From positions 96,001 to 160,000 of IMG/VR virus record IMGVR_UViG_3300032180_000001: DNA of 64,000 bases. One strand, 5' to 3'. The notes under the pieces were generated by a model. That model was given only the letters and a program-made list of their open reading frames with translations, was not told the DNA's origin and ran no database searches. How positions within the stretch are numbered: position 1 is the first letter of the stretch; every line of letters begins with the position of its first letter. This stretch comes from a virus. The position numbers were made by a program, and so were the translations under genes. This document shows, in pieces, positions 9,951 through 18,771 of this stretch.

Positions 9951-10608
9951 AGACGATCTCCATCACCTGCGAGATCACCGGCAGAAGCTCTTCCGCGTCA
10001 GCCTTGGTCTCGATGGCATGATTCTCGAAGGCCTGCCAGTCGCCCGTGTCGAACGACTTGCACATGGCCTCCCGGCCGGCCTTGCAGTGCTCGCAGTTGC
10101 CGCATGCCTTCGAGCCCGCATAAATGCAGTCTCGCAACATCATGTAGACCGCTCCCAGGGCGCGCGGGTCGTCGGATGACATATCCGCCGCGGACGCGTA
10201 CTTGAGCAGGGGCATCAGGCCGATCTTCTCCGCGATGCGGAACTTCTTCCCGAGCAGCTCGATCGTGTCGTGGTTCTCGATGACCGCACCCTCGGTGATC
10301 ATCGGCGCCCCCTCGGCCTTCGCGGCCCTGGCGTGCACGACGGCGAGATCCCGGTCGTCCTCGTTCGAGATGCCGTTCGCGGCTGCCGTAGCGGCTGCCT
10401 GAGGGGGCGTCACCGGTGCGGGCACAGAGGCGGGTGCGGAAGACTCCTCTTCCTCATCATCATCATCGTCGTAGTCGTCGACCGGAGTCGGCGTAGGGGT
10501 AGCGCGTGCGGCTGGGCTCCGGTACGCAGGAGGCGGTGTCGGGGTAGGCACATTGTCGGCTTCATTCCAGTCGATCTCGATATCGTAATCGGCTTCCTGA
10601 GCAGGCAT
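9841..10608 (-). CDS. Tail assembly chaperone
   Basis: Follows the major tail protein. Acidic/Pro-rich N-terminus; ends ...VSGRPTKPRDGSS..., typical of actinophage chaperones. Confidence 0.75.
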   Translation of the reverse strand: MPAQEADYDIEIDWNEADNVPTPTPPPAYRSPAARATPTPTPVDDYDDDDDEEEESSAPASVPAPVTPPQAAATAAANGISNEDDRDLAVVHARAAKAEGAPMITEGAVIENHDTIELLGKKFRIAEKIGLMPLLKYASAADMSSDDPRALGAVYMMLRDCIYAGSKACGNCEHCKAGREAMCKSFDTGDWQAFENHAIETKADAEELLPVISQVMEIVSGRPTKPRDGSSVTPPTTQRVSTGNGSGTRKKASRR

Positions 10609-10710
10609 TTTAACTTCTCTCTATTGTCTGATAGTGTCTGAAAGCGGTCCGGTCCACTTAGGGAACGTGAGCCATAGATGCAACGGCCGGATCGCATTTT
10701 CTTTGAGGAA

Positions 10711-10745
10711 CTCCCCCGGCCAGGACCCTTTCGCAGCCGGGGGAG
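10711..10745 (-). terminator. GC-rich hairpin after the major tail gene (terminator or processing site)
   Basis: 10-bp inverted repeat ctcccccggc...gccgggggag about 40 nt after the major tail stop. Confidence 0.45.
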
Positions 10746-10785
10746 CTTCTTTCTTGTTTTGTTACGGATGGTGCTAGCGATACGG

Positions 10786-11534
10786 TTACGTACCGGAGAT
10801 GCCCGTGGTGGGATAGCGCATTATCGCGCTTGCTGCGCTGAACGTGCTCTTCATGGAGACCGCTGCCGCAACGCCGCCGGCGACGGCGTAGTCGGGAAGG
10901 ATCTTGCCGAAGAAGTACTGGCCTGGCCCGGCTCCCTGCACGCCGACCGTGGACGGGTAGAGGTAAAAGTTCCGGGGCTGGCCGTCGGTCGCCGCGACGT
11001 AGGTCTGCGCAGTGGCAGTGTCGTAGAAGCCGGTAAAGTCACCGGATGCGTCCGGCAGGCCGGCCACCCAGATCAAGTTAGAGTCTCCCATGGTGGTGAC
11101 GTCTACCTTGGCGACGGTGAAGTTGAGGCTCCAGTCTGACAGAAACGCCATCGGGCTTGCTGAGTCGGTCGGGTTTACGCCAATGTAAGCGATCGTTCTG
11201 TTACCTCTCGTCCTTTTTACAGGGCGAGCGGGCTGGTCATTTCTGCCAGCCTCTGCATGTCTCCATGCAGTCCGGACTATACCTTCACCCACAAGGGGTG
11301 CCACGTACCTAGTCTCTGAACCATCCCGTCGAGACCTTTCAGTTCAGGCGGGCTCGGCTGCTGATTACCCCTGCTAATCTCTTTTTGAACCATCGCGCTC
11401 GCGTTTTCACGCCACGCTGTGGTGCGATCAGGTGACTCGGGCGTCCCAGCAATTCTCGCAGTTTGCACTGAGTGATTGCTCTCTCAGGCGGCCAGTCGAC
11501 CGTTGCGTCCATGAATTCTCGAGATGGTACTCAT
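10786..11534 (-). CDS. Major tail protein, spliced: exon 1 11534-11499 + exon 2 11193-10786 (147 aa)
   Basis: RBS AAGGAG then ATG gives MSTISRIHGRNG, which joins in frame to IAYIGVNPTDSASPMAFLSDWSLNFTVAKVDVT... once the intron is removed. Confidence 0.88.
11194..11498 (-). ncRNA. Group I self-splicing intron, 305 nt, no internal homing ORF
   Basis: P AAUUGCUGGGA (11444-11454), Q AAUCAGCAGC (11357-11366), R GUUCAGAGACUA (11310-11321), S AAGGUAUAGUCC (11274-11285). The 5' exon ends in U, which can pair in P1 (CGGU/GCCG). The intron ends in G. Splicing restores the reading frame. Confidence 0.92.
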
Positions 11535-11570
11535 CTCCTTCTGTATCGGCGCCTTGACGCCATACGGGAG

Positions 11571-11609
11571 AGACCGGCTCCAAGCGCATCGTGCCCGTGG
11601 CCGCGATCT
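11571..11609 (-). promoter_or_regulatory. Conserved late-leader hairpin (copy upstream of major tail gene), with -10 TACTAT at 11625-11630
   Basis: AGAUCG-CGG-CC-loop-GG-AGC-CGGUCU. Confidence 0.7.
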
Positions 11610-11825
11610 AGTGCTGCTCCTGCCATAGTAACTGTCTCGGAGGCGGATTGAAAGCTGCGCCGGATGCACTTACCAATCTGGCGGGAGATTACTTCTCGGA
11701 GGACTTCCAATCTCCTTTACAGAAGGGACCGAGTGGATGGCTAGATGACACTCTCCCTGTTGTGATAGGATTTTCTTATCTACAATCGCGCCAAAAGCTA
11801 GTCAACCCCAAAGAGGTGCCTGATT

Positions 11826-12941
11826 ATGAAAGAGAAAATCTGCATCGATTGTGGCAGAACTTACACACACGGCGGACGGGGGCTGTGCCCGAACGACTAC
11901 GCAAAAAGGAAGCGCTACGGAACACTTCCGCCCCTGAAAACAAGAGGCCCCGACGCTCAGTGCAAAGCTCCCGAAGGATGCACGAACATGGTAGGGCGCT
12001 CCGGCGCCAGAGGGCTGTGCCCTAAGCACTACCAGCGACTTGTCAAGTCAGCTGGAGGGCTGGAGCAACCGGTGCGAACGGCTCCACTAGCGGCGAGGTT
12101 TCGCGCGAAAATAAGTACCGAGCCATGCCCGTGCGGTTGCGATTGCGAACTGTGGACGGGAGGGATTCAGCCTAAAACCGGGTACGGTAATTTCTCGATC
12201 AAGAACAAGACTTATCTAGCACATCGCGTCGCGTGGGAGCTGGAGAAAGGCGAGATACCGGACGATTTCGATATCGATCACGTCCAGGAGCGCGGCTGCC
12301 GTCATAGGCATTGTGTTAAGATTACGCACCTGGAACCTGTTCCGACGGTGCTGAACAATCGGCGTATACCAATGACGGAGCAGCGAAGAGACGGACTTTC
12401 GGAAGCAGGAAAGAGGGGATCTGCCATCCGCTGGGCAAGAGTCCGGGCCGGTGAGGCTGAAGTCGATCAGGCAATCTGCTCCCGGGTTCTCGCTTTCGTT
12501 CTTGCCCATCCCGATGGTAGTCGTGCGCGGCAGATAGCAGAGGCGCTGGATATGTCTATCCACAACGCAAGGCAAGGTCTTACCCGTCTCGCTAAACGCA
12601 AGATGATTCTCGGTAATGGTTCCGGGCTTTACCAGCCGCTACCTGCTGAAGAATGCTGGCGTCCTGTGCGAGGCTATGCCGCGTTTTATGAAATCTCTGA
12701 CCGGGGGAACGTCTCTGCCCTGGCCCGGCCGCGAACGCACGGCGGACTGCTGATTCCCCAGCTCAACTCCGCAGGCTTCCGGGTTGTTCGGCTGTCTAAG
12801 TACGGTCAAGTGACAACATGGACTGTAGGACGACTCGTGCTCGAAACGTTCTGCTGGCCACCTCCGCATCCGAAGGCGAGAGCGAAGCATGGCCTAAACG
12901 GTAAGCTAGATGACGCACTGTCAAATCTTCACTGGAGTTAA
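11826..12941 (+). CDS. HNH homing-type endonuclease fusion (Zn motifs, HNH, HTH, truncated NUMOD4-HNH)
   Basis: LAHRVAWEL...DIDHV...HLEPVPTVLNNR; then ECWRPVRGYAAFYEISDRG...HGLNGKLDDALSNLHW. Confidence 0.85.
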   Translation: MKEKICIDCGRTYTHGGRGLCPNDYAKRKRYGTLPPLKTRGPDAQCKAPEGCTNMVGRSGARGLCPKHYQRLVKSAGGLEQPVRTAPLAARFRAKISTEPCPCGCDCELWTGGIQPKTGYGNFSIKNKTYLAHRVAWELEKGEIPDDFDIDHVQERGCRHRHCVKITHLEPVPTVLNNRRIPMTEQRRDGLSEAGKRGSAIRWARVRAGEAEVDQAICSRVLAFVLAHPDGSRARQIAEALDMSIHNARQGLTRLAKRKMILGNGSGLYQPLPAEECWRPVRGYAAFYEISDRGNVSALARPRTHGGLLIPQLNSAGFRVVRLSKYGQVTTWTVGRLVLETFCWPPPHPKARAKHGLNGKLDDALSNLHWS

Positions 12942-12949
12942 ATAAAACC

Positions 12950-13186
12950 ATGACTGACTACAGGGATGCTCACCGCGACGCGATGGCCGCCGTGCAATGC
13001 GAGGTCAACGACGACACCGAGGGCGTAATGGCGGTGCTGAACAACGCGAGCAACCTGGCTGCCACGGCACAGATCCTCGCCATCTGGCAGGCAGGCTTCC
13101 TCCGGTACATAGCCTCAGAAAGCGGTGCCCCCGTGCAGGAAGTGCTCGCCGCCTGGCGAAGGAACGAGGAGACGAGGAGCACCTGA
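12950..13186 (+). CDS. Hypothetical protein
   Basis: 78 aa, phage-like codon usage, directly after the HNH gene. Confidence 0.55.
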   Translation: MTDYRDAHRDAMAAVQCEVNDDTEGVMAVLNNASNLAATAQILAIWQAGFLRYIASESGAPVQEVLAAWRRNEETRST

Positions 13187-13517
13187 TCCTGGCCGGAAAG
13201 CGATGGCGCAACGAACCGGTGCCTGGTAAATTTCTTGCGTCGAGCCCCCGCACCTCCGGTTCCCGAAGCCTCGCTAGGCAGTGGAACGGGAGGAATCATG
13301 GTTCAGGCGGTACCAGAAGGTCGTGAAAGCGGGTACGGATCGCACGTCAGAGAAGCCGCGGAGACAAGGGCAGGGCGGCCCTGCCGGCTAGGGATGAGGC
13401 CGGCACCTTCCTGATCGGGATCCCTGGTTGCGTGCCCTCCTACTCTGTTATACTCTAAGCGTAGATAGAAACGAAGGAAGCAGAGTCACGGCCGACCGCT
13501 ACACGGGGAGTAACCAG

Positions 13518-14162
13518 ATGAGCGCAAATGTCGACGGAGGTGGTAAAAAATTTACCTGCTCGCGCTGCCATCGAGACGATCTAACGGAAGACGACTTCCC
13601 GATCGACTTGCGTCGAACATCAGGTCGATACCCCTGGTGCAAGCCTTGCAAGGCTGCATACATGCGAGAGAAATATCCTGAACGATACTCTGATGAGCAT
13701 CCAGGCCCACCTCTGTCTCCTGTCTGCACAGGATGCGGTGGACCACGGGGGGCTAAGCGTGCCCGTTGCAATGAATGTGAAGCAAAATACCAACGAGAAT
13801 ACCGCCATGGTGTAGTAATTAAGGAGTCGCCACTGACACTTGAACAACGAACTGAAAGACGTAAACAGAGTCAACGAGAGTCAAAAAGGCGCACAGAACT
13901 TCGACGCTACGGAACAACCCCAGAAGAATGGGATCGAGTACTTGTAGCTCAAGGAAATTGTTGCGCTATCTGTCGTACGAATACGCCTACAGGCGCTGGA
14001 GCTAAATACGGGCACTGGCATACAGATCACGACCACGCAACAGGAAAACTGCGCGGACTACTATGTTCATCATGCAATCTTCTCCTTGGACATGCTGAAG
14101 ATAATCCCGCACGACTGCGAGCAGCAGCAAATTACCTAGAAAAATACCTAGAAAAGGATTAA
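13518..14162 (+). CDS. Endonuclease VII-family protein with N-terminal Zn fingers
   Basis: QGNCCAIC...HTDHDHATGKLRGLLCSSCNLLLGHAEDNPARLRAAANYLE. Confidence 0.88.
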   Translation: MSANVDGGGKKFTCSRCHRDDLTEDDFPIDLRRTSGRYPWCKPCKAAYMREKYPERYSDEHPGPPLSPVCTGCGGPRGAKRARCNECEAKYQREYRHGVVIKESPLTLEQRTERRKQSQRESKRRTELRRYGTTPEEWDRVLVAQGNCCAICRTNTPTGAGAKYGHWHTDHDHATGKLRGLLCSSCNLLLGHAEDNPARLRAAANYLEKYLEKD

Positions 14163-14165
14163 ATT

Positions 14166-15236
14166 ATGCCTGCTGGTGAAATTCAAGAAATGTTCAGTGT
14201 CCGAGAGACGCCGTGGCACCGTCAGGGTCATGTTCTCGACGACTACCCGCAGACCTTCGAGGAGGCCCGCAAGCTTGCCGGGCTCGACTGGGATCCGATT
14301 GCTGTCCCCGTCTACCAGGGGCTGGACAAGGACAGGCTTCGTGAACGGATCGTTGAGGCCCTTAGAGAGGAGAGGCCGCTTGAGCAAGTCGATGCCCTTC
14401 TCGCAGCCTGCGATCAGTCACTCATCACCGACAAGGAGTTCCGACGCATCGCCCGCAGCGACGACGTGCCCAAGTCGCTCTCCTATCAGCGCGACAGTTA
14501 CAACATCATCCCGAACAGCGTCTTCGGCGAGATCATCGACTCGATCACCGGCGCCGCGCCAGGCAAGATCCGGCTGGAAACAGGTGGCTGCCTGTCCGGG
14601 GGCCGCCAGGTCTGGATACTCGCCCGCCTCGACGAGCCCATCGAGTTCAAGGGCGACAAGTCGCTGACCTTCCCGCACCTGGGTATCACCAGTCGTAACG
14701 ACGGCAAGGCATCCTGCGCCGCCCGACTCACTACCGTCAGAATCGTCTGCTGGAACACCTTCAGCGCTGCGGAAGCCGAGGGTGAGCGCACCGGCGCGGT
14801 GTACAGCTTCAGCCATCGCGGTAACTGGCGTGACCGGATCGGCGAGGCTCGCGAGGCACTGATGTTCGCCCGGCGTGAAGCTGCCGAATACGTCGAGACG
14901 ATGACCGAACTGCTCGGCATCAAGGTCACCTCGGTCCAGGAGCAGCTGTTCCTGCAGGCGTTCATCCCGTCACCGCCCGAAGGCGTCATCTCCGACCGGG
15001 TAGCAAAGAACATCGACGAGGCACGGGCAGCCGTTGCGGGCTTCCTGAACAGCCCGACGGTGGAAGGTGCCGGCGTCCGCGGTACTGCCTACGGTCTGGT
15101 GCAGGCGGCAGGTGAGTACCTCGATCACGCACGCCGGGCGAACAGTTGGGAAACGAAGATGGGGAGGTCGATTTTGCGGCAAGAACCCTTGAAAGCAAAG
15201 GCTGCTCAGCTGGCCCGGCAGGCGGCGCTGGCGTGA
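14166..15236 (+). CDS. DUF932 (TIGR03299-like) phage/plasmid protein
   Basis: MFSVRETPWHRQG...ARKLAGLDW...ETGGCLSGGRQVWILAR...RIVCWNT...GTAYGLVQAAGEYLDH. Confidence 0.85.
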   Translation: MPAGEIQEMFSVRETPWHRQGHVLDDYPQTFEEARKLAGLDWDPIAVPVYQGLDKDRLRERIVEALREERPLEQVDALLAACDQSLITDKEFRRIARSDDVPKSLSYQRDSYNIIPNSVFGEIIDSITGAAPGKIRLETGGCLSGGRQVWILARLDEPIEFKGDKSLTFPHLGITSRNDGKASCAARLTTVRIVCWNTFSAAEAEGERTGAVYSFSHRGNWRDRIGEAREALMFARREAAEYVETMTELLGIKVTSVQEQLFLQAFIPSPPEGVISDRVAKNIDEARAAVAGFLNSPTVEGAGVRGTAYGLVQAAGEYLDHARRANSWETKMGRSILRQEPLKAKAAQLARQAALA

Positions 15237-15430
15237 CGAACACACCCGGTCCGATCCTGCTCGAAACCTCTTCCGCTGACGTTAGCCTCAGTCCGGTCAC
15301 CCCAGAATCGTGCGATCGCTGCGGCCCAGCCGTCCGGGCGCTCTGGCAGGTCTCGGCCGGAACAGGAGTGCTGACCTTCTGCGGGTCGTGCTACCGGAGG
15401 TTCCGGAAGATAGCAGCGAGCCGGGAATGA
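15233..15430 (+). CDS. Small CxxC Zn-binding hypothetical protein
   Basis: CDRCG...FCGSC; GTGA and ATGA overlaps with its neighbours. Confidence 0.55.
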   Translation: MTNTPGPILLETSSADVSLSPVTPESCDRCGPAVRALWQVSAGTGVLTFCGSCYRRFRKIAASRE

Positions 15431-15521
15431 TCTGTTTCGTCCCTCGGTTACACCACCTCGTACCTCAGCACACCCCAGGCGAGACTCATCAGGAGTCGCC
15501 GAGAGAGCCGAGGAGAACAAG

Positions 15522-15995
15522 GTGCTATCAGCACTCGCAGCAATTTTCATCACAGTCCAGCCCGGAGACACGCTGTCCGGCATCGCCGTCAGTCACGGTG
15601 TGTCACTTGCCGCGGTGGAGGCGGCCAACCCCCAGATCGAGAACTTCAACCTGATCTACGCGGGCAACCGGGTCGCCATTCCGAAAGGGGGCAGCTACCA
15701 GGCGCAGCCTCAGCCGACCTACCGCCAGCCATCGCAGGCCCCGTCAAACAGTTACGGCGTTGCGGGCACAGGCGGCGGTTCCCTGTCGGATGTCCCGGGC
15801 GTCCCGTCGTCGTTCGCAGCATGCGTGGCCCTGCGAGAGTCGGGTGACGGGTCGGGCAGCTCGAACATCTACGGGATCATCCCTGGGAGCGGATACAGCG
15901 TCGCAGGTGACTCGCTAGCGCAGCAGAAGGCGGTGTTCGCCCAGATCTATCAGAGGTATGGAGTGACAGCCTGGCAGCCCTGGGACGGATGTTAG
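15522..15995 (+). CDS. LysM plus minimal lysozyme-like (Rpf/transglycosylase-like) protein
   Basis: LysM: TVQPGDTLSGIAVSHGVSLAAVEAANPQIENFNLIYAGNRVAIP. C-terminal CVALRESG...NIYG...QQKAVF...YGVTAWQPWDGC with catalytic Glu and a flanking Cys pair. Confidence 0.8.
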   Translation: MLSALAAIFITVQPGDTLSGIAVSHGVSLAAVEAANPQIENFNLIYAGNRVAIPKGGSYQAQPQPTYRQPSQAPSNSYGVAGTGGGSLSDVPGVPSSFAACVALRESGDGSGSSNIYGIIPGSGYSVAGDSLAQQKAVFAQIYQRYGVTAWQPWDGC

Positions 15996-16059
15996 AGTGG
16001 CCGAAAAGGCACTCCATCCGTTAACCTGTACCTGATGGGTCGTGGCTGACCCTGGGCAG

Positions 16060-16098
16060 AAGAACCACCGCTCCCCGTGTCAGGAGCGGTGGTTCTTT
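16060..16098 (+). terminator. Rho-independent terminator
   Basis: aagaaccaccgctcc-ccgtgtca-ggagcggtggttctt followed by t. Confidence 0.75.
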
Positions 16099-16183
16099 CA
16101 CGCTCGGCCCTCCGGATGGGGTATTATATGTGTAGCGGGTTTAGAGTGAACAACTAGTAAAGAGAAGGGGACGGGAAAGTAGC

Positions 16184-16432
16184 GTGCTGATAAAGCAGAA
16201 ATCTCATCCGATGCCCGATGAGGTCCTGCTGGTCGCCCGGATGGAAGCGGAAGACCGTCGCAAGACCCGGGAAGAGTACTATCACTGGCAGGAGCGGGAT
16301 CTCAGGATCCGGCTGGCGATCTACACCGACATCGTGACCGGAAAGCGCTTTCCTGCCGAAGGTCGCACCTACTACAAGGTCCGCATCGCGATGATCCGCA
16401 ACGAGCTGAAGGCGCGGAAGGCGGGGCCATGA
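16184..16432 (+). CDS. Hypothetical protein
   Basis: 82 aa ORF with purine-rich RBS; meets the minus-strand operon tail to tail. Confidence 0.55.
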   Translation: MLIKQKSHPMPDEVLLVARMEAEDRRKTREEYYHWQERDLRIRLAIYTDIVTGKRFPAEGRTYYKVRIAMIRNELKARKAGP

Positions 16433-16819
16433 CTAGTGCGGATACAGAGCCTTGCAGTCCCGCGGAGCGTCCTTGGCGTTCACGATCGCGCGCAGCTCGG
16501 TTACCTCCGCTATTATCTTCGGCGTCAGCTTTGCTCCCTTCGGCGTCGCATCAGAGAAAAATGCGCCCCAGAGAAGTTTATCTTGCGCTCGTGCACTATT
16601 ATTTTCCACGCACTGACTGTACTGAACGACCGCTTCACCGCTGTTCCCGTGAATCTGCCCGATCGTCAGGAAAACAACGATGATCGACAGTGCTACATCC
16701 AGGCAGATGGAAACAGCCAGCATCAGCGCGGTCTTCTTGCTGGCTTTGCCTCGCTGCAACTGCCCGATCAGCCTCATCGCCGTGCTGATCAGGGCCTCAT
16801 CATCCTCTTCCGGCTTCAT
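16433..16819 (-). CDS. Single-TM membrane protein with external Cys pair (paralog A)
   Basis: TAMRLIGQLQRGKASKKTALMLAVSICLDVALSIIVVFL...QC...DC. Confidence 0.7.
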   Translation of the reverse strand: MKPEEDDEALISTAMRLIGQLQRGKASKKTALMLAVSICLDVALSIIVVFLTIGQIHGNSGEAVVQYSQCVENNSARAQDKLLWGAFFSDATPKGAKLTPKIIAEVTELRAIVNAKDAPRDCKALYPH

Positions 16820-17214
16820 CTCGTCCCCTGTCCGTATACTTGCTGGCAGTCCACAGGAATATAAAGAGCTTCAACTACTTTCAGGAAAGATTTACCGAGC
16901 GCGTTACTATGAAAATCCTCAGTATTCAGTATCCACAGACTAACAAACTCCTGCTGAGTAGCATTGCTCTCATTGCAAATGGTCAGCTCCTGTGAGCGAA
17001 GTCGGTTTTCCTGATCAACAAGTCCGGAATTACTGTGCGACAACCCGACCCCGAGAAGTATCACCACAATGGAAAGCGTGACATCCAGAAAAATAGAAAT
17101 AGCGAGCAACAGCACAGTTTTCTTGCTGGCCTTCGTCCGCTGAAGTTTCTTTATCAACTCCATCGCAGTGCCGATCAGAACATCATCGGCGGGTTCCTCA
17201 GTTCTGTCCGGCAT
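16816..17214 (-). CDS. Single-TM membrane protein with external Cys pair (paralog B)
   Basis: TAMELIKKLQRTKASKKTVLLLAISIFLDVTLSIVVILL...IC...DC; RBS aggag before ATG 17214. Confidence 0.7.
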   Translation of the reverse strand: MPDRTEEPADDVLIGTAMELIKKLQRTKASKKTVLLLAISIFLDVTLSIVVILLGVGLSHSNSGLVDQENRLRSQELTICNESNATQQEFVSLWILNTEDFHSNALGKSFLKVVEALYIPVDCQQVYGQGTR

Positions 17215-17419
17215 CCGATCGCTCCTGCTCGATAACGCGCAGCATAATAGCCGCTGCCATCTTATCCCGATTCGGTTTCTTCGCATCCTCGCGAATCGAG
17301 ACCAGCAAGCTAATAAGCCGCAGCATATCTCCGTTCGTCAGTCGTCCTTCCTGATACCCTTCGAGCAGGCGATCAAGATCAGCCTTATCCGAATTAAGCT
17401 CGTCCACGATCACCGCCAT
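17198..17419 (-). CDS. Small helical protein, LDxLLE..AAAIMLR family, copy 3
   Basis: KADLDRLLEGYQEG...DKMAAAIMLRVIEQE; TAATG overlap with the upstream gene. Confidence 0.65.
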   Translation of the reverse strand: MAVIVDELNSDKADLDRLLEGYQEGRLTNGDMLRLISLLVSIREDAKKPNRDKMAAAIMLRVIEQERSDAGQN

Positions 17420-18264
17420 TATTTCCGCCCCAGCCGCAGGTACCACATCCGTGCGGACATCTCCCTCTCCGGAGCGAGAAAGGCTAGCGCCCAGGTGCCG
17501 AACCAGATAAACCAGCCCGCATCCCCAACGGACGGCTGACTCCAGCTCCAGTGCAGGATGGCATACGCGAACAGCGAATCAGAGGCCAGTAGCCCCAGTG
17601 CGCCGATGCTAATCAGCCAGAAGGAATTCGACACCCTCGTTCCGTGACGAAAATGCCGCATGGCCAGAACGATGGTGACCAGCGCGCAGATCTGCAGCAG
17701 CAGTAGAATGTCCGCCGTCGGATAGGCGATGGATACTACCTTGGCGATGGTCGAGGCGCCACTGGCATGCGCGTTAGGACTGATGAGGAGAGGCCAGGAG
17801 AACAGCCCGAAAGTAAGACCTGTTACCGCCACTGCCACCGCTGCGGCACGCCGGTTCACGTGGATGTTGCCGCCGCTGGCCAGCATCACCAGTCCGGCCA
17901 CGAAAAATACGTAGCTGCTCAGTTCCAGCGCGTCGGACAGCCCTGGATAAGGCACGCTGTCCGTGATCTTCGTGTAAGCGAGAGCCGTTCCAGCGCCCAG
18001 CAAGTTCAACGCCATCCCGACGAGCAGTAGCAGCCAGGCGAACTTCCGCCGACTGGGATTAAGCACGACGCCGAGGATCATCCCCGCTACGGCCAGTCCC
18101 AGAACCGGCATGAACCCCACCGTGATCCAGCCAGGCACTTTCGGCTGAATGTAGTAGGCGACGATGACCGCGATGTAGCCGAGAAGGAACAGCGCCTGCG
18201 CCTGGCTCAGGAAACCGGGCCAGGGCGCAGCTGGCTTTCCGGTGTCCGATGCTGAAATAGCCAT
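17419..18264 (-). CDS. Multi-pass membrane sensor-like protein with no cytoplasmic output domain
   Basis: About 8 hydrophobic helices with PYPGLSDALEL, SIAYPTADILLL, LLASDSLFAY and DAGWFIWF motifs, resembling the N-terminal TM input region of actinobacterial GGDEF/EAL proteins. Confidence 0.7.
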   Translation of the reverse strand: MAISASDTGKPAAPWPGFLSQAQALFLLGYIAVIVAYYIQPKVPGWITVGFMPVLGLAVAGMILGVVLNPSRRKFAWLLLLVGMALNLLGAGTALAYTKITDSVPYPGLSDALELSSYVFFVAGLVMLASGGNIHVNRRAAAVAVAVTGLTFGLFSWPLLISPNAHASGASTIAKVVSIAYPTADILLLLQICALVTIVLAMRHFRHGTRVSNSFWLISIGALGLLASDSLFAYAILHWSWSQPSVGDAGWFIWFGTWALAFLAPEREMSARMWYLRLGRK

Positions 18265-18530
18265 TACGATTCTCCATTCGCTTCCGGAACTACTCTTCTG
18301 GTGATCTGAACAACACGGCAGGGTGCCCCGCGGCAGGCTCTGGCGAGCTGTTTCGCCTCATCAAGCGTCAGCGGCCCCGTCAGTGAGAACCCGAGAAACG
18401 ATCTCACCTCGAACCCGGCTCCTCGCCACGCACCGAGAAGAAACCACTCGACATCATATTCTTCAGCCCAGCCAGCATCCGGCTCGATCTCGCGATCATC
18501 TGAACTGTCGTCTTCTCTCCATGCCTCCAT
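18264..18530 (-). CDS. Hypothetical protein
   Basis: 88 aa, translationally coupled within the operon. Confidence 0.5.
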   Translation of the reverse strand: MEAWREDDSSDDREIEPDAGWAEEYDVEWFLLGAWRGAGFEVRSFLGFSLTGPLTLDEAKQLARACRGAPCRVVQITRRVVPEANGES

Positions 18531-18555
18531 TGCGCACCTCCCCGCAGTTCTCTGC

Positions 18556-18771
18556 CTAGCTCAGCCATTTTTCCGTCTTCGCCTGCTCGATGAAACGTAG
18601 CATGATCGCCGCCGCAACCCTGTCCCCAGCGATAAAATCTTCTGCCACGCCGTTCATGATCCGCAGGAGCAGTCCTTTCAGCTCTTCCGTCTCCACAGGT
18701 ATCAGCTCGTCCCGGCCGAATTTCTCTAGCAAAGTATCCAGGCGCAGACGACTCGACGGGATAGCTGTCAC
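18556..18771 (-). CDS. Small helical protein, LDxLLE..AAAIMLR family, copy 2
   Basis: RLRLDTLLEKFG...DRVAAAIMLRFIEQ. Confidence 0.65.
   Translation of the reverse strand: MTAIPSSRLRLDTLLEKFGRDELIPVETEELKGLLLRIMNGVAEDFIAGDRVAAAIMLRFIEQAKTEKWLS

Noticed and set aside
10606-10697. uORF 10697 containing AAG TTA AAA just before the chaperone start; an AAG-to-AAA hop would land in frame with the ATG
   Set aside because: The uORF has no clear RBS, the chaperone has its own start, and TTA in an AT-rich spacer is expected by chance. Too weak to list.
10786-11304. ORF-track major tail start MAPLVGEG...
   Set aside because: That N-terminus is intron sequence; the real start is 11534 with splicing.
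15427-15521. Possible c-di-AMP (ydaO) riboswitch ahead of the Rpf-like gene
   Set aside because: I could not find the conserved ydaO elements; only a simple RBS-sequestering stem is present.
15993-16060. GAAA-capped hairpin plus CTGATGG, resembling a hammerhead ribozyme
   Set aside because: The core is CUGAUGG rather than CUGAUGA, and no GAAA follows stem II in the required order.
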